The notes: a model not told the origin generated them from the sequence alone. A DNA stretch of 64,000 bases from Fervidobacterium sp. (GCA_049970055.1 JBMFNR010000001.1:1-64000), one strand, 5' to 3'. Positions 19,476 to 30,730 are shown, counted from the stretch's first letter. Translations and numbers: made by a program.

Positions 19476-20005
19476 TATTGAAAGGAAAAGTTGCAAAAAT
19501 AAGACCTCTTGAGGTAAGTGATGCAAAGATATTAACTGAGTATCTAAATAGTGAAGAGATTAAGGAATACGTGAGTCTCGTATTTCCAATAAATAATTTT
19601 TTGGAAGAAGAATGGATAAAACGAAATGCCATATCTAACTCCAACCTAACGTTTGCAATAGAAATAGACGGAAAACTTATTGGGACCGCAGGATTGAAAG
19701 ATATAGATTGGATAAATCGTTGCGCCGAGTACGGTATAGCTATATACATTCCAGATTATTGGAATAAAGGTATTGGAACAGAAGTTACACAACTAATGTT
19801 GCGATACGCATTTGAGTACCTTAATCTCAACCGTGTTTGGTTGCGAGTTTTTGAAAATAATCCCAGGGCTTTGAGAGTCTATGAAAAATGCGGTTTTATC
19901 ACTGAGGGTCGAGAAAGACAGCGTAGGTATTACAAAGGAAATTACTGGGATGTAATCCACATGAGTATTCTGGCAGAAGAATATTGGCGAAACAAGTCTG
20001 AATAG
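19472..20005 (+). CDS. GNAT family acetyltransferase (RimJ/RimL-like)
   Basis: YWNKGIGTE, LNLNRV, NPRALRVYEKCGF. Confidence 0.9.
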   Translation: MILKGKVAKIRPLEVSDAKILTEYLNSEEIKEYVSLVFPINNFLEEEWIKRNAISNSNLTFAIEIDGKLIGTAGLKDIDWINRCAEYGIAIYIPDYWNKGIGTEVTQLMLRYAFEYLNLNRVWLRVFENNPRALRVYEKCGFITEGRERQRRYYKGNYWDVIHMSILAEEYWRNKSE

Positions 20006-20050
20006 TTAATCTGAATAGTAAATGCAAAAATAAAGTTAGGAGGTGATTTT

Positions 20051-20731
20051 ATGATTTTCTACGATCCAACATTTATACTATTAATTCCGGCCTTGTTGCT
20101 TGCTTTGTGGGCTCAAGTTATGGTACAAACCAACTTTTCAAGATATTCTCAAGTTCGATCACGCTTAGGTATGACAGGTGCCGAACTTGCACGATTTATA
20201 CTTGATTCCGCGGGGCTATATGATGTCAAAATAGAGACCATCCCTGGCTCTTTGACAGATCACTATGATCCGCGTTCAAAAGTTGTGAGACTATCTCAAG
20301 CTACTTATGGAAGTGATTCTATAGCTGCTTTAGGTGTTGTTGCTCACGAAATCGGTCATGCGATCCAGCATGCTAAACATTACGTGCCTTTGGTGGTCAG
20401 AAACGTTATAGCCCCCGTTGCAAACTTTTCATCAAATCTTGCGTGGATATTTTTCATAATTGGAATTATCACGGGAGCCGTAGGACTTGCAAAGTTTGGC
20501 ATCATACTCTTTCTCGTAGTTGTACTTTTCTCAATGATCACATTGCCCGTTGAGTTCAATGCAAGCAGTAGAGCCTTGAAGATTCTTGAGAGGAATCTTA
20601 CCATGCCTAAAGAAGAGTTAAAGGGTGTTAAGGCAGTGCTTTCAGCGGCAGCGATGACATACGTTGCAGCGACTTTGATGGCAATTATGCAACTTTTGCG
20701 AATGATACTGATTGCTAGAAGCAGAGATTAA
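20051..20731 (+). CDS. Membrane zinc metallopeptidase (YugP-like)
   Basis: LTDHYDPR, AHEIGHAIQH (HExxH), TLPVEFNASSRA, AAAMTYVA. Confidence 0.92.
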   Translation: MIFYDPTFILLIPALLLALWAQVMVQTNFSRYSQVRSRLGMTGAELARFILDSAGLYDVKIETIPGSLTDHYDPRSKVVRLSQATYGSDSIAALGVVAHEIGHAIQHAKHYVPLVVRNVIAPVANFSSNLAWIFFIIGIITGAVGLAKFGIILFLVVVLFSMITLPVEFNASSRALKILERNLTMPKEELKGVKAVLSAAAMTYVAATLMAIMQLLRMILIARSRD

Positions 20732-20745
20732 ATATGCCATAAAAG

Positions 20746-20787
20746 AAAAACAAAAGGCTGCTAAAGACTCAGCAGCCTTTTGTTTTT
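20746..20787. terminator. Bidirectional intrinsic terminator
   Basis: 17-bp inverted repeat AAAAACAAAAGGCTGCT / AGCAGCCTTTTGTTTTT between convergent genes. Confidence 0.9.
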
Positions 20788-20791
20788 GTAT

Positions 20792-22804
20792 TCATTGCAG
20801 AAAAGTCTTTATCTCCTGCGTTTTCGAAGCGATTTTTGAGATGGTAGAAAGCAATTTTGCTTGAGCGTCCACAACTAGTTGGAATGAATGTTCAAGTTCT
20901 TGTGCGATCTGTGTTATATCCATGATACTATGTCTTATGTTATCGATTTCTCCTTTTTGTTGCTCATAGGCATTGACCATTGTTTCAAAATTATTGGTCA
21001 TAAAATCAACGTTTTCAATGAACTTATCAAGAGAACCTGAAACTTTTCTATTTCTTTCAATTATAACGTTTATATTTTCTATCAAGGTTAGTAACTCATC
21101 GCTAAATGTGTTAAATCGGCTGAGTACAGAGTTCATATTTTCTTCGATTGTTTGAGCAAACTTCGAAGTTTCGTTGGATAACTGCCTTATTTCAGTGGCA
21201 ACTACAGCAAAACTTTTCCCAGCGTCTCCCGCTCTTGCTGCTTCGATCGATGCGTTTAAGGATAATAAGTTTGTTTGAGTAGCTATATCTTTTATCAACT
21301 TAGTTACATCCTTTATTTTTTCAAAATCAGCACTTAATTTTTCGAAAATGTCTTTTAAAAATTGACTTTTCATTTCGAAATCTAGAAGTAGCTTTTCTGT
21401 TTGTGTATTTTCTAGTTTGTTTTTGCTTGAAAGTTCCATTATTTCTTGGTTTAACTTCTCAGAAGTATCAATTATGCTTTCAAACTTTGTACTGGTACTA
21501 AAAATCTCGTCAAGAAACACATTAAATGTCTCAACGTTTTTTATCAAGTTGCTTATATACTTTTTTACGTTACTGAAGTTGTTATTAATATCAGTTTCTA
21601 AGAGTCCGAACTTCTGAACTTCGTTTACTGCATCTTGTGAAAGTTCTGTGATTTTGCTTCTTGATTCAACAAGCTTTTGAATAAATTTTTGTTGTTCATC
21701 CATCAGTTTGGAAATTGCTTCGTTCATGTTCTTCGCTTCGATAAATGTATCGACAGTCTTTGAGGCGATGTAAATTGTGACGGTTAAGCCAAAAGCCAAT
21801 TGTCCAATATTGAAAAACATGAAATCAAGATTAATTATTTTTACTACAGATAATATCGAAAGTAATGTAGCCCCAACAACACCAGAAAAGCCAAGTATTA
21901 TTAATCTTTCTCTCAGCCTTCTCGAATTAAGAATTAGTATGTAGGACATGTACAAAATCAATAGCAATGAAAAAAGGTAAAAATTAGAATAGTTTCTTCT
22001 AAGCGAGGAAAGACTTGGTGAAAGAAGGACTGGAATAAATACAATCCAATAAATCACCGCATATAACTTCTCAAACAACTTGACTTTTTGTTTGAAGAGT
22101 TCTTTTATAAAAAAGAATGTGAGAAACATAGACAAAGCAGCACCTAAAATAGCTATTTTTTTCCAAAGCAATATAGGTACGAGGAACAAATTCATTTCAT
22201 CAATAGCCGTTAAAGTGGGTAAAAATACTGGCCAACTTCCGTATAAGAAAGCTTTATCTTTCAAACCATAGTAAAGGAACAACCCTACAACGAGAAAAGC
22301 AATCATAAAACCGGTTCCAAGATAAAACATGCTTGATTCGATAACATTTGCTCTCTCGATGAATCTAATAACATCATCAGGAGTACCTATATAAAATTTC
22401 TTTTCTATACCACCGTTGCTATTAAATCCGATTTCAATACTTATTTTACCGCTCAACACAATTGGAAAATACCTGTGCCAACTGTTTAAGTTACCACTTT
22501 TCTCTGAAAGCTCATACACGATCTTTCCATCGTTATAAACGCGAATATACTTATTTGCCGTAAATGCAACGGCAAGCATCTTGCCAATGTACTTTTCACC
22601 GTCAATCTCGAAACTCATGATATGTTCGGTGTTATCACTAAATGTTACAAAAGATGGGAAATCAACTGGTTTGTTGTCTAATGTTACTCTAACATCTTCG
22701 AACTCTTGGATAGCAAGGTTTGTTCGATAATGCGAGATAGACAAAATGACAAGCACTATAATCGCAAAGCCCATAGCAAAAAACGCTAAGTTTTTGAAAA
22801 GCAT
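20792..22804 (-). CDS. Methyl-accepting chemotaxis protein with multi-TM sensor
   Basis: [37 protein letters not shown] hairpin tip; about 7 central TM segments. Confidence 0.9.
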   Translation of the reverse strand: MLFKNLAFFAMGFAIIVLVILSISHYRTNLAIQEFEDVRVTLDNKPVDFPSFVTFSDNTEHIMSFEIDGEKYIGKMLAVAFTANKYIRVYNDGKIVYELSEKSGNLNSWHRYFPIVLSGKISIEIGFNSNGGIEKKFYIGTPDDVIRFIERANVIESSMFYLGTGFMIAFLVVGLFLYYGLKDKAFLYGSWPVFLPTLTAIDEMNLFLVPILLWKKIAILGAALSMFLTFFFIKELFKQKVKLFEKLYAVIYWIVFIPVLLSPSLSSLRRNYSNFYLFSLLLILYMSYILILNSRRLRERLIILGFSGVVGATLLSILSVVKIINLDFMFFNIGQLAFGLTVTIYIASKTVDTFIEAKNMNEAISKLMDEQQKFIQKLVESRSKITELSQDAVNEVQKFGLLETDINNNFSNVKKYISNLIKNVETFNVFLDEIFSTSTKFESIIDTSEKLNQEIMELSSKNKLENTQTEKLLLDFEMKSQFLKDIFEKLSADFEKIKDVTKLIKDIATQTNLLSLNASIEAARAGDAGKSFAVVATEIRQLSNETSKFAQTIEENMNSVLSRFNTFSDELLTLIENINVIIERNRKVSGSLDKFIENVDFMTNNFETMVNAYEQQKGEIDNIRHSIMDITQIAQELEHSFQLVVDAQAKLLSTISKIASKTQEIKTFLQ

Positions 22805-22880
22805 TTGCTAACTCTCCTCCCCGTCTTTTTGTCCCTATCTTTATTTTGTTGCAATATTATTATAGCACGAAGGTACAAAT

Positions 22881-22919
22881 AAAAAAGCATGGGGAATTTT
22901 TCCAATTCCCCATGCTTTT
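22881..22919 (-). terminator. Intrinsic terminator after dnaK
   Basis: AAAAGCATGGGGAATT / AATTCCCCATGCTTTT stem with U-tract. Confidence 0.88.
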
Positions 22920-22956
22920 GCTAAGTTTTCTTTTATTTTGTTATTAAGCCATCCAG

Positions 22957-24747
22957 TTATTCAGCTGAAGATCCTGCTTGACCTTGTGCTTGTTGTTTGT
23001 ACAAGAACTCTCCGATTTTCATACTTTCTCTTTGTAAATCGTCGTAGAGCATCTTTACTTTCGTGATATCATCTTTATTTATTGCATCTCTGAGATCTTT
23101 AATAACCTCTTGTATCCTGTTCTTCGTATCGGCTGGTATCTTGTCTTCGTTCTCTTTGATTATTTTTTCAATGTGGTAAGCCATATCGTCCGCTTTATTT
23201 TTAAGTTCAACTTCCTCACGTTTTCTTTTATCTTGTTCTTCGTACATCTGAGCTTCTCTAATCATTCTTTCAATGTCATCACTACTTAGTTGATGCCTAC
23301 CCGTGACAACCATTGATTGTTCTTTTCCTGTACCAAGGTCCTTAGCAGATACGTGAACTATACCATCAGAGTCTATATCGAATGTAACCTCAATTTGCGG
23401 TACTCCACGTGGTGCCGGTGGAATTCCAACGAGTTGGAAACTTCCAAGGAATATGTTGTCCCTTGCCATTGCACGCTCACCTTGGTAAACTCTAACTTCG
23501 ACACTTGTTTGTCCATCCTCTGCTGTTGTGAATACCTTGCTCTTTTTCACAGGGATTGTAGTATTTCTTGGTATGATTGGTTCAAGTAGTCCACCTTTTA
23601 CTTCAACACCAAGTGTCAACGGCGTAACATCGACGAGAACAACGTCTTTGTCCTTTGCACCTTCGGTACCAGCAAGAATAGCAGCTTGGATAGCAGCACC
23701 AATCGCAACTGCCTCGTCAGGGTTAACACTCTTGTTCGGCTCTTTTCCAAATATATCTTTTATGAATTTTTGTACCATAGGTACTCTTGTCATACCACCA
23801 ACGAGGATTATCTCATCAATATCTTGTGGTGTTAGTTTAGCATCGTTCAATGCCCTTTCGACAGGTTCCCTTGTTTTCTCGACTAAGTCCCTTGTCAATG
23901 ATTCGAACATCGCTCTTGTAAGTTTCATTTCTAAGTGTAATGGACCTTCAGCTGTTGCTGTTATGTACGGTAAGCTGATGTCTGTTTCGAACTTTGAAGA
24001 TAGTTCTATTTTGGCTTTTTCAGCAGCATCTCTTAATCTCTGGAGTGCTTGCTTGTCGTTTCTCAAGTCAACTCCATATTGTTTTTTGAATTCCTCAGCA
24101 AGGTAGTCGATGATTCTCTGATCGAAGTCGTCTCCACCTAGGTGGTTATTACCACTTGTTGCGATTACTTGGATAACGCCTCCACCAATTTCAAGAATTG
24201 AAACATCAAATGTACCTCCACCAAGGTCATATACAAGTACCTTTCTTTCACCTTCCATCTTATCAAGACCGTAGGCAAGAGCTGCCGCTGTTGGTTCGTT
24301 TATGATTCTAAGTACTTCAAGTCCTGCTATGATACCAGCTTCTTTTGTTGCTTGTCGCTGAGCATCGTTGAAGTAAGCTGGACAAGTAATAACTGCCTTT
24401 TTAATCTCACCACCGAGATACTCTTCCGCGTCTTTTTTGAGCTTTTTGAGTATGTACGCACTGATTTCTTGGGGAGTGTACTCTTTGTCATCGATCCTCA
24501 CCTTGTAATCTGAACCCATCTTCCTTTTGATGGATTTTATAGTTCTATCTGAGTTAAGGATAAGCTGCCTTTTAGCTGGTTCACCAACTAAGATCTCTCC
24601 TGTCTTCGTAAAAGAGACTATAGATGGTGTTGTTCTACTTCCTTCTGCGTTGGGAATAACTTCCACACTTCCATCCGGCTTCATCCACGCTATCACTGAG
24701 TTTGTTGTACCAAGGTCAATACCAACCACAAACTCTTTTTTTGCCAT
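22957..24747 (-). CDS. dnaK: Chaperone DnaK (Hsp70)
   Basis: [46 protein letters not shown]. Confidence 0.98.
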   Translation of the reverse strand: MAKKEFVVGIDLGTTNSVIAWMKPDGSVEVIPNAEGSRTTPSIVSFTKTGEILVGEPAKRQLILNSDRTIKSIKRKMGSDYKVRIDDKEYTPQEISAYILKKLKKDAEEYLGGEIKKAVITCPAYFNDAQRQATKEAGIIAGLEVLRIINEPTAAALAYGLDKMEGERKVLVYDLGGGTFDVSILEIGGGVIQVIATSGNNHLGGDDFDQRIIDYLAEEFKKQYGVDLRNDKQALQRLRDAAEKAKIELSSKFETDISLPYITATAEGPLHLEMKLTRAMFESLTRDLVEKTREPVERALNDAKLTPQDIDEIILVGGMTRVPMVQKFIKDIFGKEPNKSVNPDEAVAIGAAIQAAILAGTEGAKDKDVVLVDVTPLTLGVEVKGGLLEPIIPRNTTIPVKKSKVFTTAEDGQTSVEVRVYQGERAMARDNIFLGSFQLVGIPPAPRGVPQIEVTFDIDSDGIVHVSAKDLGTGKEQSMVVTGRHQLSSDDIERMIREAQMYEEQDKRKREEVELKNKADDMAYHIEKIIKENEDKIPADTKNRIQEVIKDLRDAINKDDITKVKMLYDDLQRESMKIGEFLYKQQAQGQAGSSAE

Positions 24748-24793
24748 ATATCTTCACCTCCAAAGAATTTTTGCTTTGTTTTTGGCTAAGTAT

Positions 24794-24831
24794 ATTTTAC
24801 CTTATTAGCACTCGTTTGTCAAGAGTGATAA
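24794..24831 (-). promoter_or_regulatory. dnaK promoter overlapped by CIRCE
   Basis: TTAGCACTC-N9-GAGTGATAA (24805-24831, one mismatch to CIRCE); minus-strand TTGACA (24822-24817), 17 nt, TAAAAT (24799-24794). Confidence 0.9.
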
Positions 24832-24843
24832 TTAAATTTTTTG

Positions 24844-24875
24844 AAAAACCGTGAACTTGAATTCATAGCTCACGG
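24844..24875 (-). terminator. Probable terminator after galM
   Basis: Minus strand CCGTGAGCT...AGTTCACGG followed by TTTTT. Confidence 0.65.
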
Positions 24876-24935
24876 CAGTAGCCTATGGTAGTAGTTCATA
24901 TTAATATTTTTGAGTCTGTTTGTGTTTGTTTCAAA

Positions 24936-25982
24936 TTATTTTAAATTTCCAAATTTAAATACGCTTTGATGTTTGTACACTTCTTTCGGTCTTAGAACGG
25001 TATTTGGAAAATTCGAATGATTGGGTGAATCTGGAAAATGTTGTGTTTCAAGGCAAAAACCGGTATGCGCTTCGTAATACTGTCCTCTTTTACCTCTCAT
25101 GCCTGGTAGGTAATTTCCTGTGTAAAACTGCAAACCTGGCTGGGTTGTAAAAAGTTCAAGAGTTATACCTGTTGAAACTTCGTACACCTTTGCGGCAAAA
25201 TTCGAATTAAGTACGAAGTTGTTATCAAAACCTTTTGTTGGAGAGTCTTTCATTTTTTCCAAAAGTTCTCCGATTTTCCTTTCTTTTCTTAAGTCGTATA
25301 CACTATCATTTACTGGCAATATTTCACCGGTTGGGATCAGGTATTCATTAACAGGGGTGTACATGTCTGCGTTGATTAATATTACGTGGTTATAAATTTT
25401 TCCACCGCCGGCTAAATTAAAATATGTATGCTGTGTGAGATTTACTATTGTTGGTTTATCTGTTTTGGCAATGTACTCTATTTTGATTTCGTTATCGTTT
25501 GTAAGTGTGTAAATAACAGTGCAATCAAGATTGCCGGGGAACCCTTCTTCGCCATCGTGACTGAAGTACTTTAAAATTATCATCGGACCATTTGGAGTTA
25601 CCTCGGCGAAAGCTTTCCAAACTTTTTTATTAAACCCTTTGTATCCACCGTGGAGTGTATTTGGCCTGTCTTTGTCGTTGAGTGCTAGTTGGTAAGATAT
25701 CCCATCTATTTCAAATCTTCCGTAAGCTATTCTATTGGCATACCTGCCTACGATCGTACCAAGGTATCCTGGATTTCTTTCGTATTCTTCAAGTGTGTCG
25801 TACCCAAGCACTACGTCTATGAAGTTACCACTCTTTGAAGGTACCCATAGTTCTCTGATTATGCCACCGTAAGTTAAGACTTTCATCGTTAAACCCTTTT
25901 TGTTTATCAGTGTGTATTCGTGAATAAGTATACCCTCTTCAGTAAATCCAAACTCTTTTTTCTTTATATATCCTTCAACCAT
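24936..25982 (-). CDS. galM: Aldose 1-epimerase (galactose mutarotase)
   Basis: GRYANRI, LHGG, EGFPG, NLTQHTYFNL, QFYTGN, CLETQHFPD. Confidence 0.93.
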   Translation of the reverse strand: MVEGYIKKKEFGFTEEGILIHEYTLINKKGLTMKVLTYGGIIRELWVPSKSGNFIDVVLGYDTLEEYERNPGYLGTIVGRYANRIAYGRFEIDGISYQLALNDKDRPNTLHGGYKGFNKKVWKAFAEVTPNGPMIILKYFSHDGEEGFPGNLDCTVIYTLTNDNEIKIEYIAKTDKPTIVNLTQHTYFNLAGGGKIYNHVILINADMYTPVNEYLIPTGEILPVNDSVYDLRKERKIGELLEKMKDSPTKGFDNNFVLNSNFAAKVYEVSTGITLELFTTQPGLQFYTGNYLPGMRGKRGQYYEAHTGFCLETQHFPDSPNHSNFPNTVLRPKEVYKHQSVFKFGNLK

Positions 25983-26015
25983 TTTCTCAATCCTTTCTTT
26001 TGTCTTGGAAGTTCT

Positions 26016-27776
26016 TCATATGAACTCTTCAACGGCCGCTTCGATTACTGCAAGTGAGCTTTTCCAAAAATCTTTCTTTCTTACATCTACACCTATGCTT
26101 ATTGCAACTTCCTCCGCTGTACCTTTTCCAGTCGAGGATAATAACTTTTTGTACATTTCAAAAAAGTTTGGGCGATCTTTCAGTGCGTAGACACCAAGAC
26201 CAAAGAGCATTCCAAACGTGTATGGAAAGTTATAAAAATGGAAAGTTGGTGAGTAATAGTGAGGTTTAACAATCCACATATACGGATGTGAGTGTTGATG
26301 ATCTAAACCATCACCATATGCTTGCTTTTGAGATTCTATCATGATTTTTTTAATTTCTTCTACACTCAACGGTCCTGATTGCCTTTTTTTGAATATTTCA
26401 CTTTCGAATAGGAATCTACTGTAAATATCGATGATTATTTGTACAGCATCCGAAAGTTCTTTGTCGAGTAAAGCTAATCTTTCTTCACCTGTTGCTTCTT
26501 GTTTTATCTGGTTCAGCAGCAAAGTTTCGTTAAAAATGGAGGCAGTTTCCGCAAGTGTTGCAGGTGTTATGCTGTTCAGTGGAGTTTCATCTTTCAGACA
26601 ATAATTGTGAAATGCGTGACCAAGTTCGTGGGCTAAGGTAAGTACGTTGTCTAGCGTACCGTCAAAACTCATCAGTATCCTCGATTCTTTTAGAGCTTTT
26701 ACTGATGAACAGAATGCACCACCTCTTTTTCCTGGTCGTGTCTCTGCATCGATCCAATTATTCTCGAAAGCGTTATCTACAAATTTTCCAAGTTCTTCTG
26801 AAAAGTTCGAAAGCTTCTCAACGATAAATGATCTAGCCTCTTCAAAGGACCATTTCCTGTTGTACCCGCCAATCGGTGCGAATAGGTCATACCATGGAAG
26901 ACCTTCTGTGTGCCCAAGTAACTGTGCTTTCTTTTTTAGGTATTTCCTTAGAGTGGGCATACTTTCTTTGACTGCTTCCATCATAGCATCGAATGTTTCT
27001 TGAGAAATCCTATTTTCAAAAAGCATCGGTTCAAGTGGTGATGAGTAGCCTCTCAGTTGGACTTCCGTTAAAAATTCACCTTTTATGCTATTCAAGCATT
27101 GTGCAACTACCGAAGATACACTCTCACATGCTTTGAGTTCAGATTCGTAAGCTTTCTTTCGGATTTCTTGCGATCTGTCGTAGGCCATATTTCTGATACG
27201 CATGAGTGGTAATTTCTTTATTTCTCCGTCTATTTCGATTTCGCACAACAAATTGGATGTCGTTTTTTCGTATAGGTTATTCCATGAGTTGCCGCCAGTT
27301 AATCTCATTAAACTTATTATTTTTTCTTCTCTTTCAGGTAGAATGTATTTCGAAAGTTTCTTCTGTTCTTGAATAAAGAACTTATGTGACTTTAAGGTCT
27401 CGGAATTTAGTTTTTCAATATCAATTTCCATTTCTTTCAAAAATTTCTTCAGTTTTGTTCTAATCATTGAAAGGTTTACAAATTTAGTCCTTATGATATC
27501 AAAGTACTTCGCTGCTACATCATTGTTAACGTCGGCACTCGAGGTTAGACTTGCGTAACTGTATAATTTTCCAGCTAAAAGAGATAATTCATTTAATTTG
27601 TTGATAGCATACTCAAGCTTTTTTTCAACAGCACTTTCATCGTCTACTTGGTTTTTTACTAAACTTTCATCAGACCACTTCAGAAAATACTCAAGCTCAC
27701 TATCAAGTGTTTTCAGATCACTTTTGAATTCCTCTGAATCAAATGAACTATAGATGTTACTCAGATTCCATTTCAT
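26016..27776 (-). CDS. pepF: M3 family oligoendopeptidase F
   Basis: WNLSNIY, GKRGGAFC, TLAHELGHAFH, LAETASIFNE, FYNFPYTFG. Confidence 0.9.
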   Translation of the reverse strand: MKWNLSNIYSSFDSEEFKSDLKTLDSELEYFLKWSDESLVKNQVDDESAVEKKLEYAINKLNELSLLAGKLYSYASLTSSADVNNDVAAKYFDIIRTKFVNLSMIRTKLKKFLKEMEIDIEKLNSETLKSHKFFIQEQKKLSKYILPEREEKIISLMRLTGGNSWNNLYEKTTSNLLCEIEIDGEIKKLPLMRIRNMAYDRSQEIRKKAYESELKACESVSSVVAQCLNSIKGEFLTEVQLRGYSSPLEPMLFENRISQETFDAMMEAVKESMPTLRKYLKKKAQLLGHTEGLPWYDLFAPIGGYNRKWSFEEARSFIVEKLSNFSEELGKFVDNAFENNWIDAETRPGKRGGAFCSSVKALKESRILMSFDGTLDNVLTLAHELGHAFHNYCLKDETPLNSITPATLAETASIFNETLLLNQIKQEATGEERLALLDKELSDAVQIIIDIYSRFLFESEIFKKRQSGPLSVEEIKKIMIESQKQAYGDGLDHQHSHPYMWIVKPHYYSPTFHFYNFPYTFGMLFGLGVYALKDRPNFFEMYKKLLSSTGKGTAEEVAISIGVDVRKKDFWKSSLAVIEAAVEEFI

Positions 27777-27911
27777 AGCTTCTTCCCTCCAATCTGAATA
27801 TCCTGAACGGTTAGCCGATTATTTTGAACTTTTATTGCTTTCAATTAATTATACCACGCTTTGGTGGTATAATATATTTTGAATGAAATTTCTATTGGGG
27901 TGGTGATTTTA

Positions 27912-28697
27912 ATGATTACAACAAGAAAGATTATTGAAATGAAAGGCAAAGAACCAATAACGATGATAACAGCTTATGATTATATAACGGCTAAAATTGC
28001 CAGCGAAGCAGGCATAGAGATAATACTTGTTGGTGATTCGCTGGGTAATGTGATCCTTGGTTACGATAATACCATACCTGTTAATATGGAAGATATGATA
28101 TTGCACATCAAAGCGGTACGAAGGGGAGCCCCAGATGCCTTCATAGTTGGAGATATGCCGTTTTTATCTTACGAAGTCAGTGTGGAAAAAGCTGTGGAAA
28201 ATGCTGGATTACTGTTGAAAGCCGGTGCGAATGCTGTTAAACTTGAAGGCGGTAAGCAATACTCAGAGACGATAAAAAAGATTGTAGATGCCGGTATACC
28301 TGTTATGGGACATCTCGGTTTTACTCCACAGTCTGTCAACTTACTCGGTGGGCACAGAGTACAGGGTAGAACAACTGAAAGCAGGGAAAAGCTCTTAGAG
28401 GATGCTAAGGCTCTTGAAGAAGCTGGATGCTTCGCTATTGTTTTGGAACTTGTTGTAGAAGATGTTGGAAGAATTATAAGTGAGAGTATAAAAATACCAA
28501 CGATCGGTATCGGCGCTGGTAGGTACTGCGATGGTCAAGTTCTAGTATTCCACGATGTAGTTGGATTAACGAACTTGGATTTAAAGTTCGTTAAGAGATA
28601 TGGAAACGCTTATGATATTATGCTTGAGGCTGTAAAACAGTACAAAAAAGAGGTCAAAGACAAAATATTCCCTGCGCAAGAACATATCTTTGAATGA
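27912..28697 (+). CDS. panB: 3-methyl-2-oxobutanoate hydroxymethyltransferase
   Basis: MITAYD, LVGDSLG, DMPFLSY, VKLEGG, GHLGFTPQS, CDGQVLV. Confidence 0.95.
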   Translation: MITTRKIIEMKGKEPITMITAYDYITAKIASEAGIEIILVGDSLGNVILGYDNTIPVNMEDMILHIKAVRRGAPDAFIVGDMPFLSYEVSVEKAVENAGLLLKAGANAVKLEGGKQYSETIKKIVDAGIPVMGHLGFTPQSVNLLGGHRVQGRTTESREKLLEDAKALEEAGCFAIVLELVVEDVGRIISESIKIPTIGIGAGRYCDGQVLVFHDVVGLTNLDLKFVKRYGNAYDIMLEAVKQYKKEVKDKIFPAQEHIFE

Positions 28698-28699
28698 AT

Positions 28700-29713
28700 T
28701 TAAATTTCTTTGTCCATTTCGGATTTGATAAATTCATTCCAGAGTGTGACAAAAAATATTGCAACAGGCACGGCAAAGAAAGTTCCGACAAGTCCATAAG
28801 ATATACCAACTAAGAATATGAAAATGAGCATAAGTACAGGATTTATGTCCGCACGTTTTTTCATTATGAATATGAAAAATAAGAAAGCCCCAAAGTGGAT
28901 GAGCATAACTATTATGTTAACTATTATAAAATTTCTTAAACCTAACCCAAGACTTACGATTAAAATGGGAATCCATTCGATGACAACACCTACGATAGGT
29001 ATAAAGTTTGTGACAAACCCCCAGAACGAGAGCAGAACCTTATAATCCGGAAGGTAAAAGCTGAAAAGTATGTAAAATGAAATGCCAACGATAAATGCTC
29101 CAAGTAAAAGAACATCCACATAACTTGACAGTGCTGCACCAAGTTTTTTTAAAAAATCTTCAATCAAAGGTCGTACTTTTTTTGGGAACAGACCTGGCAA
29201 AGATTTCGTTGTCCAATTTGTGTAGATCGTTATATAGACTGTAAATAAGATGCTATAAAATATTATCACCAAACTATTTGGAATATTTTTAGCTAAATTT
29301 ACTGCAACGGTACTGAATAATTCGTTTATTTTTGGGCTTGCCCATTCCGCGATTTTTCCTATGGTTTCAGAAAGCTGAGGGTTGTCTTTGAGATAATTTT
29401 CCCAATACTTTGAGTCGAGAATATTTTTCATGAACTCATAGAAAGAACTAACCTGTTTGAACACAGGAGGTATGATATTCACAAATGCATAAATTAAAAC
29501 AGAAAAGTATAACACGAGTGCCAAAGTAACAGCAAATGGATACCTGATTTTCATACGCAAAAAGTTTCTAAGTAAAAAGTTAACTACGAGCACAGAAACA
29601 AGCGAAAATACAAATACGTATAGTAATGGCCTTGAAATTGCAAAGGCAATGAACATTATGAATGCATACAAAAGTACAAATAAGAGGGCAAATTGCCTAA
29701 CGTTCAATTTCAT
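28700..29713 (-). CDS. AI-2E family transporter
   Basis: Multi-TM protein, NFIPIVG, INPV, GLVGTFFAVP. Confidence 0.8.
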   Translation of the reverse strand: MKLNVRQFALLFVLLYAFIMFIAFAISRPLLYVFVFSLVSVLVVNFLLRNFLRMKIRYPFAVTLALVLYFSVLIYAFVNIIPPVFKQVSSFYEFMKNILDSKYWENYLKDNPQLSETIGKIAEWASPKINELFSTVAVNLAKNIPNSLVIIFYSILFTVYITIYTNWTTKSLPGLFPKKVRPLIEDFLKKLGAALSSYVDVLLLGAFIVGISFYILFSFYLPDYKVLLSFWGFVTNFIPIVGVVIEWIPILIVSLGLGLRNFIIVNIIVMLIHFGAFLFFIFIMKKRADINPVLMLIFIFLVGISYGLVGTFFAVPVAIFFVTLWNEFIKSEMDKEI

Positions 29714-30704
29714 TTATCAAGCCTCCTATATGCTTTTCGAAATACTTTCTAACCTCCTCAATGTCATTTGTTTTGCCCAGGATAACCATCAGCTTTATTC
29801 GTGCCTTTTGCGCAAGAGGGTGTTCACTTAATATTGCACCTCTTCTTCTCAAATCTGCTCCTCCACCTGTGTAACCGTAAATTGGGTAGACGCGCCCCTT
29901 GAAGCATCTTGATGTAACAACCACCGGAACTCCATTTCTCACTATATCCTCAACTATGTCGGATAGTTTGGGAGGTACGTTGCCTCTTCCAAATCCTTCC
30001 AAAACGATCCCTCTATATCCCATGTTGTACACGGCTTTTAATATAGCCCCGTCATCACCCGTAAAGGTCTTAACGATTGCAACTTTTTCTTCTATTTTAT
30101 CTGTGTATATTTTTTCCCTTGTGAGCGATTTTCTAAAATATATAACGTTGTTTTCATCAACTATGCCAAGTGGACCATAACCGGGTGAATCGAAGGTAGC
30201 CACATTACTAGTATATGTTTTTGTCACTTCTCTCGCTGCGTGTATCTCATCGTTGAGACAAACAGTGACACCCATTCCGTAGCTCTCGCCACATGAGGCA
30301 ACCATAACAGAAGAAAGTACGTTTCTGGGGCCGTCAGTGCTAAGCTCACTAATATTTCTCATCGAAGCTGTTAAAACCACTGGTTTTTCTGATTTCAACA
30401 CTAAGTCAAGAAAATAAGCTGTTTCTTCGAGTGTGTCAGTTCCATGCGTTACAACCACACCATCGTAGCCTTTTTCTTCGAGAAATTCATCTATAGTCTT
30501 TGCAAGTTTCCACAGATCACTTGGAGTCATGTAAGGACTTGGTACATTTGAGAATTCGTAAAGCTCAACATCTGCAATATCGTATAACTCTGGTATATCG
30601 GTAACAAGTGCATTTCCCTTATCGAAAGGTACCACGGTTCTTCCTTTTTTCACCATAGCAATCGTACCACCGGTACTGATGATTAAAATTTTTTTCTTTC
30701 CCAT
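29697..30704 (-). CDS. L-asparaginase
   Basis: STGGTIAM, VTHGTDTLEETA, DGPRN, GFGRGNVP. Confidence 0.93.
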   Translation of the reverse strand: MGKKKILIISTGGTIAMVKKGRTVVPFDKGNALVTDIPELYDIADVELYEFSNVPSPYMTPSDLWKLAKTIDEFLEEKGYDGVVVTHGTDTLEETAYFLDLVLKSEKPVVLTASMRNISELSTDGPRNVLSSVMVASCGESYGMGVTVCLNDEIHAAREVTKTYTSNVATFDSPGYGPLGIVDENNVIYFRKSLTREKIYTDKIEEKVAIVKTFTGDDGAILKAVYNMGYRGIVLEGFGRGNVPPKLSDIVEDIVRNGVPVVVTSRCFKGRVYPIYGYTGGGADLRRRGAILSEHPLAQKARIKLMVILGKTNDIEEVRKYFEKHIGGLINEIER

Positions 30705-30730
30705 TTCCGTACTCCTTTCTTTTTGTTATT

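Noticed and set aside
19997..20019. 10-nt direct repeat TCTGAATAGT around the GNAT stop codon
   Set aside because: Too short; likely a trivial local duplication.
22957..24747. DnaK lacks the ~23-aa N-terminal domain insert and is separate from grpE/dnaJ
   Set aside because: Both are established traits of Thermotogota.
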